A stretch of 64,000 nt of DNA from Eledone cirrhosa (taxonomy: Eukaryota), in assembly GCA_964016885.1 (NCBI GenBank), contig OZ024740.1:620001-684000 (forward strand), read 5' to 3'. The translations under genes and the position numbers were made by a program. The notes beneath the pieces are model-generated. The model saw only the letters and a program-made list of their open reading frames with translations, did not search any database and had not been told where the DNA came from. Of the stretch, positions 1-64,000 are shown piece by piece (the stretch's first letter is position 1; every line of letters begins with the position of its first letter).

Positions 1-155
1 GCTGAAGTCTCCACTGCTAAGGGGTGCCGATAGTGGTGAGTAGGGAGGGGGTCCTAGGGCCAAGGACAGCTGAAGTCTCCACTGCTAAGGGGTGCCGATA
101 GTGGTGAGTAGGGAGGTGGTCCTAGAGCCAAGGACAGCTGAAGTCTCCACTGCTA
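1..155. repeat. End of a 68-bp tandem repeat
   Basis: gctgaagtctccactgcta recurs at 1, 69 and 137. Confidence 0.9.
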
Positions 156-453
156 TAATAGGAAACATTTACTGTGGCATTGAACATGAAACTGTGTTAC
201 AAAGTGAATTTCTTAACCACACAGACATGACTGGCACTGGTAATTATCTTCCAGAAGTCCTTAACTTAAATGGCTGACATGCAATAAATGAGAAAAGTAT
301 TAAATAAAGTCTACTGAACAGATAAAAACAATTAGGGAGGGGTAAGAGAGAGAGTGTGGGGAACTTAATATTTAGCAAAAGAATATATTTCAGAGTTCAG
401 TTTGACGCTCATATCTTTGTTTGAAGCTATTCATATAATTTCTGTCCTTCCTA

Positions 454-757
454 CCCACATATATAACTGTTAAACCTCTCTGTACTTAACACACAGTCTC
501 CCCACATATATAACTGTTAAACCTCTCTGTGCTTAACACACAGCCTCCCCACATATATAACTGTTAAACCTCTCTGTACTTAACACACAGCCTCCCCACA
601 TATATAACTGTTAAACCTCTCTGTACTTAATACACAGCCTCCCCACATATATAACTGTTAAAGCTCTCTGTACTTAACGCACAATCTCCCCACATATATA
701 ACTGATAAACCTCTCTGTACTTAACACACAGTCTCCCCACATATATAACTGTTAAAC
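454..757. repeat. 47-bp minisatellite, about 6.5 copies
   Basis: Unit cccacatatataactgttaaacctctctgtacttaacacacagtctc. Confidence 0.95.
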
Positions 758-1242
758 TTCCTTCACATACTTCCTAATGCCAACCACCCTACATCATGTA
801 CATGTATACATAACTGTAAACTATACAACAATTTTAAATATGACCTACATTTTACATCTGACTCGGGCATATTAAAAGCTTTATAATGCTACACTTTACA
901 TCTGGCCCAAGCCAATTACTTGCTTTTCAGGGGTCTCATTGTTAGTACACAGGCTTCAACTGCAGCTATTGGGCCGTTGTCTTGTGCTAACAATGAAAAT
1001 AGTGTAAATATATGATTTATTTAAAAAATCAATGTAAAAAATGTGTATCCCTTAAAGTGTTCCACATGTCACCATTTTTAAATATGGTGAATTGACAAAA
1101 TCATTAGAGAACCAGATGAAGCACCTTGTGCTATTTGCTCTGGCTCTCTGCCCTCTGAATCCAATTTTCACTAGGGTTAGGGCAAGGGTCAACTTTGCTT
1201 TTTATCCATTTGGAGTTGACAGAATAAAGTTTTAATCCAGTG

Positions 1243-1462
1243 CAGGGTTAGATTTAGACCTTGGGGGTCCAGGGCACTTCAGGTTTGGGGGATGGTGTGT
1301 CGTACACAAATAAAAAATATACAAATTATAATGCATACCCCCCCCCCCCCATTTTACATATCAAAGTTAGTAATTAGAATTAAAAAGTTATACATAGAGG
1401 TATTAAATTAAAAATTCTAACCATCCTAAATCTAAAAAGCTCAGCTTTTAAATCCAGCCCTT
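1243..1462. mobile_element. Possible MITE with Harbinger-like TIRs
   Basis: agggttagattta ... taaatccagccct imperfect terminal inverted repeats. Confidence 0.4.
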
Positions 1463-3306
1463 GTACAGTGGATTGGTAAAATTGGTAATGCTTCAAACAG
1501 GATACCTTGTATCAGTTATGGCCCTGAATGTTCTGGGTTCAGATCAACTTCTGTCTCCAGAAAACTTGTTACTGGAGCACCCAAGAAACTTATCATGTAC
1601 AAACTCATTGTAGGTCAGCTAAACCTGTGCAGGTGTGAGCTGTAAGAACAACAATGCTCCATATGGGCTTTAATATCTTTGATATTTGTCTAAACCCTGA
1701 TTCTATCAAGATCAAAAATATTTCTTTAAAATGTCATACATTTGTTTTGTTGTGTGTTTTTTGTTGTTGTTTTTCTTACTGTCTGGCAGTTAGATATTCT
1801 CAGGGTTGCTGGCAGTAGACAACACTGCCCTCCCCTAACTACAATTGCTCCAATGTTGCATTCATATATATATACACACACGCATACACACATACATACA
1901 TACATATACACCAATGTCAGCATGGAAAAATAGATGTTAAGTGATGATATACATACGTATGTGTATGTATGCATACATAGAATTTTTAAAACTAAATAAC
2001 TAATAGTAACAGTAAGGAAAATACTGACAATGATATGAAGAAATCCAATACTGATATTCACATCATGTGCAGCATTTTTCAACTTTTCAGCTACTCTGTC
2101 TCTGATAAACCGTTATCTGATAAACTGCTATACACATTATCCATTTCCTTGTAGTCAAAACTGATATTACTATTCTCATCTTCAACTTTCTGTGCAGTGT
2201 TCTACAAATAAAACCCAATTCTCAGCTAATTTCTTTCATAAATAAACAAGCAGTATAGCTTGAGGTGCCAACGACTGCAAAATATCTTACGAAAACAGCA
2301 ATTTTAACTTACAATTTCAAAAATTCCTTTAGTCTTTTTGTTGTTTGTTTTTTTTTGTTTGTTTTTATTTGAATTTCCTGAACATTTTTTTTTTCTTCTT
2401 CCCACTCTTCTATTTATCTCTTATAATTGAAATTTCAGAATTTCTCATTCCCTTTCATCTAACAAATGAACAATTGCCTCAATTGTTGGCTTCTTTCATT
2501 CGAACGTATTGATTTACATAGTTCTATACTACATTGTCAGTAGAAAAATCTATGAAATATGAAACAAACCTGTTACTATTCCAACAGTATTCACAACAAA
2601 ACTATCTTCATTGAACTGTGTCAAATAAACAAAACATTCACCTTTCAATGTATTGGAAATTTATTTCAAACTTTTTTTTACGTTCTTACATAAAATTCTG
2701 ACTTGTCATGTAACAAATCCATTCATGTGCACTTAGCTCTTGCTGGAGTGCTAGGGGCACTATCATGACATACAGCATATAGTAGGTATTTAAACTTGGC
2801 ATAAGCCATCCGTCTCCAAGTTTGAACACAGCCAATTTCTTCAATGTACATACTGTATGTTAAAAGCAGGTGACAGTTATTATTATGTAGAAGAGAGAAA
2901 CTAAGAAAGATAGGTAGAGAAAGAAATGGGTACCTGTTGTATTTAGTAATGTTCTAAGGATTTCAAAGAGAATTCTTTATTCTAACTAAGGAGTTAAATT
3001 GTTCTCATTCTATTTGTATAAAGGTTTGGTTTGAAATTCCAATAACATTACCTTACACAACAGACACCGAAGGCCACCTTAACAAAGAAAATGAGGACAC
3101 CAATATGAATGAAACAGCTCTAGTCCTGTAGTAATAATTTCTATATGAAATAAATCATTTTATAATGATGGTTTCTGATTTAGGCACAAGGTAAACAATT
3201 TTTTGATGGGTAGAAAGTCAATTTAAATGACCCCAGTGTATTACTGGTACTTTATTCTATCAACCCCTTAAGTATGAAAAGCAATGCTAATCTCGGCGAA
3301 ACTTAA

Positions 3307-3509
3307 CCCTTTCTCATTTAAACTTACCGTATCTGGCCAGAATTTTCTCACCTCTTTCTGTTCTAACCAGCCATAACCGGCTACTCATACTGACATTAAG
3401 GTATTGTTCTCAAAATAAATAATAACATCATCAAAATTTCGTAGATTCCATATTATGTGAGATAAAACCTTTACCATGAAACCATAGAAGTAATGTAAAT
3501 GTTAAAGGG
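3307..3509. mobile_element. piggyBac-type MITE inserted in a SINE
   Basis: TTAA|CCCTTT...AAAGGG|TTAA; splits a minus-strand SINE spanning about 3170-3590. Confidence 0.8.
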
Positions 3510-3597
3510 TTAAACTGAGAACATAAAGGAACGTAATTATATGATGCAAAGCATGTTGTTTGACACTCTACCGATTCTACTGCCAATTCATTTTATA

Positions 3598-3776
3598 ATA
3601 ATTGTTTCTATTTTAAGCACAAGGCCAACAATTACCCAGTACATTACTGGTACTTTATTTTATCGACCCCGTAAGGATGAAAAGCAAAGTTAACCTCGGC
3701 GGGAATTGAACTCATCATAAAGGGACGTAACTCTATGCTTCAAAGCATGGTGTCCGACTCTCTACCGATATTGCCA
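3598..3776 (-). mobile_element. tRNA-derived SINE, family A
   Basis: Reverse complement of the 17345 copy, with A/B-box-like head. Confidence 0.8.
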
Positions 3777-4139
3777 TATCTCAGAAGTTCAGACAAAATT
3801 ATATAAATATGTTCATGGTTCACTTAAGTGGAGTTAACTTTGCCAAATAGCTAATGTAGTAAAATCTATAGAAATTCTCATTTACTCTGGTTTTTTTGCA
3901 GCTATGTCCTTGCTTCTTTGATCAATATTTTTATATTTTATAAGTTTAAAAAGTTGTTAGAGAACTTGACAACTAATACAATGAGGATTTTGTTAGCTAT
4001 GAGGATTTTCAGATTATTATTTTTCTTCATTTCTTTCTCTATTAATAAAATATATTGATTATAACAGTCAGGTTTAATAATCAGCAGTAAATAAGTTCTA
4101 ACCCAACCAGAAGATCTTATATATATTTATCTATTTGTC

Positions 4140-4347
4140 ATAGCATTTAAACTAGCCATATCCGGCCAGAATTCTCTCACCTCTTTCTGCTCAAACTGGC
4201 TATAACTGGCTGCTCATACTGATGTTAAAGTATTGTTCTCAGAATAAATAATATCAAAATCTCATAGATTCGATATTATGTGAGATAAAGCCTTTACTAT
4301 GAAAATATAATAGTAAATAAAGAGTAATGTAAATGCTAAAGTGTTAA
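4140..4347. mobile_element. piggyBac-type MITE copy
   Basis: Homologous to 26401-26616. Confidence 0.7.
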
Positions 4348-4444
4348 AATCATTATTAATCTTTAAAACATTAAGTGAATATTTTACACATCAATTAAGA
4401 ATTGGTGAGGCTGTTCTTGTGAAGTCTAGTAATAAAATATTACT

Positions 4445-4780
4445 AATGAAAATTATTGTGTACAGTGCTCAAGTGCACTACAACTCATCAAAGGTGCATG
4501 TATAGTTCATAGAATAATGTACAAAAGTCAGGAAGTGAACAGTGAGTGATGATATACACACACACATGCATGCGCGTGTGTGGAGGAGGAATATCAGGTG
4601 TAGTGTTGGCGAATTTCGGGAAGCATAAACACTTTGAAGGATGCAGTCTCCCGATAGTTAACAACTGGTGCAGGTAGTTTCTTCCATCATGGGAGCTATA
4701 CTGTTTTCTGATTTTGTAAGCATATCCACAGGTGTTAGACAATATATCCATGCCCAAGGAAACAATAATAGAAGGCACTC
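4445..4780 (-). mobile_element. CR1/L2-like LINE 3' fragment
   Basis: Same family as 28395-28660; encodes a decayed ...KLP..VV...SFK..LPEIRQHYT end. Confidence 0.65.
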
Positions 4781-5347
4781 ACCCATGGTGTCATGCAGTG
4801 GTGACTAAATGTATTTTCACTGAAACTCAGAGGAGATGACGAAGGACCATGACAAGTGGAGAGATGCTGTGCTGAATAGGATCCGTCCAACCCTTGCAAG
4901 CAGGGAAAAGCGGACGTAAAATGATGATGATGATGATGATTAACCATCATTATAAAAGTAATTTCATTTATTTCATTACTACTAGGGTGTATTTTATTGT
5001 GGCACCAACACTACCACTTTACAGAGTGTACTGGGTGTATTTTATCATGACACTAACATGACAGAGATTGTCTTGTCCACTGCAAGGCTATAAGGGACAT
5101 TTCCATTCCATATATCTCTTCTCTCACCATCTTTACATAATTATTATCTCTTCTTCTTCTTCTTCTTCTTCTTTTTCTTTTTCTTCTTTTTCTTTTTCTT
5201 TTTCTTTTTCTTCTTCTTCTTCTAGCATGGCCAGAAGCAGCTGTCTCCAACTGATGCAGCAGGATTGTTTTGTATTTGTTAATTATTATGCCATCAATAT
5301 TAATTGTAATTTACTAATCAATGTTCTTTTGTCTAATTATATTCTAG

Positions 5348-60828
<55,481 letters not shown>

Positions 60829-60925
60829 GTAAGTGCCATCAATTTACACCACATTGTCTCTACACGAATATTTTATAAATCAGTATTTTTTCCAGATCAC
60901 TTCTAAGCTTCCTCTCTTCCACCCC

Positions 60926-60964
<39 letters not shown>

Positions 60965-60976
60965 AACTAATGAAGT

Positions 60977-61118
60977 TGTGTAGGTGTCACGACAAAAAAA
61001 AACACACAGTCCACGCTGTAATGTGGTCGTGTAGGTAACATGGTAAAAAGCTCCCAGTCTACACTGTAAATGTGGTTGGTGTTAGGAAGGGCATCCAGCC
61101 GTATAAAACCTGCCAGAT
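60977..61118 (+). mobile_element. RTE 3'-UTR fragment
   Basis: Matches 37406-37545. Confidence 0.8.
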
Positions 61119-61980
61119 AGTGTGTTGGTAATACCGGGTCTTAAAATCGCAGACGGTTAATCTGATGTAGGCCTTGTTGGAGTTTTCCATCCTCACATTG
61201 CACTGGTAGACTACGTTACGTTCTCGGCATCTATTGTTGAGGGGGCACAATGATCTATCCGGACAGTTACACCACCTAGTTTGCTCACCACTAATATCAT
61301 TGTTGTTTCTTCTGTTAGAGAGGAGTTTTATGTTGTTAGATGATGCGATGTTTTGTGCAAAGTTGGGTGTAGTGCTGTAGGAAAGTTTAACAGTGTTTCT
61401 ATTGATGATATTGTGGTAGCGGTGTTGGGGTGGGAAGTGTTTTTTGAGAAGGCTGAAGATCTTCTCAATTGGTGTTGCGACCTCGGCATTGTGGGTAGGG
61501 TTGAACCACGTTACGTGGCAGAGTAACGGCGTCGCCTGCTGGATCCGCTAGAAGGGCCTGGATAATATGAAATGTCCTCCTGGAACCGTCTTCTTTTGAA
61601 GGCCTGGTTATAATATGGCACATGTTCATTGAAGATCTGTGTTTGTGGACAAGCAAGATATGCGGAGGGAGATGTTTTTAACTAAGTTGTTGGTAATGTT
61701 CCTCAGATAGTTAGAACTGCGGTGAATATAGTGTAGGTTCTCATTTAGTTTCCTGTAAGGGTAGTACAAATTGTTCTCCAGGTTGAGAGTAACATCCAGA
61801 AAATTGACGCGGGTAAGAGACGTCTGTAGGGTGATTTTGAAACCTAAATCCCGGACCTGCTCTGTACTACTGGGATTGTAACCTGTGAGGGTAAGAAGCC
61901 CATCATCTTAGTACAGACCTCTGCCGAACACACGGAACTTTTCGATTAGTTTATGCAGTATGTATAGTCCTATAAGGTCC
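61117..61980 (-). mobile_element. Decayed Penelope-like retroelement (RT end, linker, GIY-YIG start)
   Basis: Minus strand gives GLY*DDGL, VNFLDVTLNL..YYPYRK.N...YIHRSSN, WFNP and CPLNNRCRERNVVY...AYIRLT..FKTRYYQH. Confidence 0.85.
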
Positions 61981-62152
61981 GCTTTTCCCTGCTTGCAAGG
62001 GGGGGGGGGACTGATTCTGGCTTGATTTCTACAGCTGGATGCCCTTCCTAACACCAACCTCATTTACAGTGAGTGCTGGTTGCTTTTTTGCCGTGGCGCC
62101 TCCACAACCATATGTATATATATATATATATATGTGTGTATCATCATCATCA

Positions 62153-64000
62153 TCGCCCGGTTGCACTCAGGGCCACTTTTTATTAAGTTAATAAGTTGAG
62201 GGGCGACGTGAAGGGAGTGGTTTGACAGAGCGGTTCAAAGATGTTATTGCAGGGCTTTTTTGTAGACAGCGTTCCTGGTGTTGCCCGGGTTACCACAAAT
62301 GAAGAGATTGTGTGGCCTTCCGACGTGGGAGCATCCAACGTATAGTTGACCATGGGCAAATACCTGCTGTGTTAGGTTTAGGCCAACCACTTGCAGCGAT
62401 TGTCCTTGTGCTTTGTTAATGCTCATTGCAAAGCAGAGTTTTATGGGAAACTGCCGTCGCGTAAATTCGTAGGGGACATCAGAGGAACTAAGGCTCATAG
62501 GGGTAATTAACTTGGTCACGCCAGCAGCGGGTCTGCTCATAATGGTTGTCTCCAGAATTTGGGTCCTTATTTTTTTTATGATTAAACACGTTCCGTTGCA
62601 TAGTTCTGGTGCATCCAGGTTTCTCAGCACACCAACCTTCAGCTTCAGATCATGAGGAGGTAGTTGACTGTTGAGGAATTCAATTGGGTAGATGACGGCG
62701 TCGTTCACGTTTTTATTGGTGTCAATCGACTTGAAGGAGACTTCATTTCCGGGAATCTGATCGAGTAGTTTTTGGTTCATCACGTCAACAGTGGCATTGT
62801 GTGGTGCCAAAATAGCTCTCCCTTTCAGCCAGGTGTGATCATGGAATCGTGATTCAAGGTCTGGAAATACAGATGACATTAATTCGTCAATGTTTGACAC
62901 AAAGTTTCCAAAAGGCAAACGGATATGCTCTTCATCCACTCCAGGTGTAGTTCCATTACCAACTTCCAGTAGATGTTTTGAGAAATCAATGGAGTCTGCG
63001 TCACCATGCACATGCACTCTCATGTTGGTAGTCAGATGTAGTTTGTGGACATACTGCCATACATAGGACGACTTGATGCATGCATTCACTTCGTCAGCTC
63101 TAGTGCCTCTAGTAATAACAGGATGAGTCTGTCGGAATTCGCCAGCCAGCAGTACTGTCGCTCCACCCATGACGCGTGAGTTCCAACGCAAGTCCTTGAG
63201 AGTTCGATCCAGAGCCTCAAAGGCCGCCTTGTGACTCATGGTAGCCTCGTCCCATATGATAAGGCAGCACTCAGAAAGATGTGCTTTAGGGTCGTCACGA
63301 TCTATTCTACATGTAGGATTCTCCTTCTTTGCAATGTCCAAAGGTAATTTCAATGCGGAGTGTGCCGTACAACCGCCATGTAACAGTGTCGCCGCAATAC
63401 CACTGGAGGCGACCGCTAGATCAATCCGCTTGTCTTTTCTTAGCTTCGCAAGCAAAAGGTTGATGAGAAAAAGTTTTTACTGTTCCGCCAGGAGCATCTA
63501 GGAAAAATAGCCGTCCCTCATTTGAATTGACACTGGAGAGAATTTTGTCATATGCCTGTCTCTGGTCATGCAAAAGTCTGGGTTGGTCCTGAGCTACCTG
63601 ATGTGTCATATCGTCGATGTTGTAATTTAACTCATGCATGAACTCCACATCTAAAGCACTGTGAGTGTTTCAAGGTTGTGGCAAACCGAAATCAGATACA
63701 CCGCCAACTCCAAGAGCTTTAAGATGGTTGTCCATGTAGATGAGGCCCTCATTGTACACTGCGTCGTTGAAAGCAAAGCCAGCCACTGGATCTTCTGCTC
63801 GAAGTCTACGGAGGATGTCCTCTGACATGTCCTTATGCGTTTCCCAAAGTTTAAGGGGCTCACTTATGCCGCAGAACAATAGCATTATGCAAAACAGACA
63901 TCTCATTTCTCAAGGCATCTTACATTCAGAAGCCTCTGTCAACGCCACATTCAGGTGGGCATCATCCTCAAGTAGCCCGCGCTACACGCACGCATCCCTG
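62153..64000 (-). mobile_element. Helitron Rep/Pif1-helicase, degenerate, continuing beyond the window
   Basis: FFLDAPGGTxKTF, VASSGIAATLL.GG.TAHS, IIWDE, RRQFPIKLCFAMSINKAQGQSL, HGQLYV; frameshift and stops near 63470 and 63650. Confidence 0.9.

Overview
AT-rich, repeat-dense animal genomic DNA. The SINE/RTE repertoire looks octopus/coleoid-like, but this is inference and not proven. The window lies inside one large + strand gene, a HECW1/HECW2 (NEDL)-type NEDD4-family HECT E3 ubiquitin ligase. I traced 19 exons by hand (5348-60828); all have AG/GT boundaries and consecutive reading phases match. They encode the end of HECW_N, the C2 domain, a 2.17-kb disordered linker exon, WW1, the helical region, WW2 and the start of the HECT domain. 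The gene's 5' and 3' ends lie outside the window. Introns contain: two young 5'-truncated RTE-clade LINEs with a PHD-like Cys/His finger inside the RT region; older RTE, CR1-like, R4/Dong-like, Penelope-like, mariner and Helitron remnants; tRNA-derived SINEs; several MITE families; and three multi-kb satellites. Three observations stand out. (1) A cluster of Penelope-type inverted repeats at 8.1-10 kb carries paired minimal hammerhead ribozymes, with the host-sense copies damaged and the antisense copies better preserved. (2) An AGG (Arg) codon sits at the conserved WW2 loop Gly and A-to-I editing would restore it. (3) The large intronic satellites consist of sense-strand splice or RNA-binding-protein motifs. 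Repeat boundaries are read by eye and approximate.
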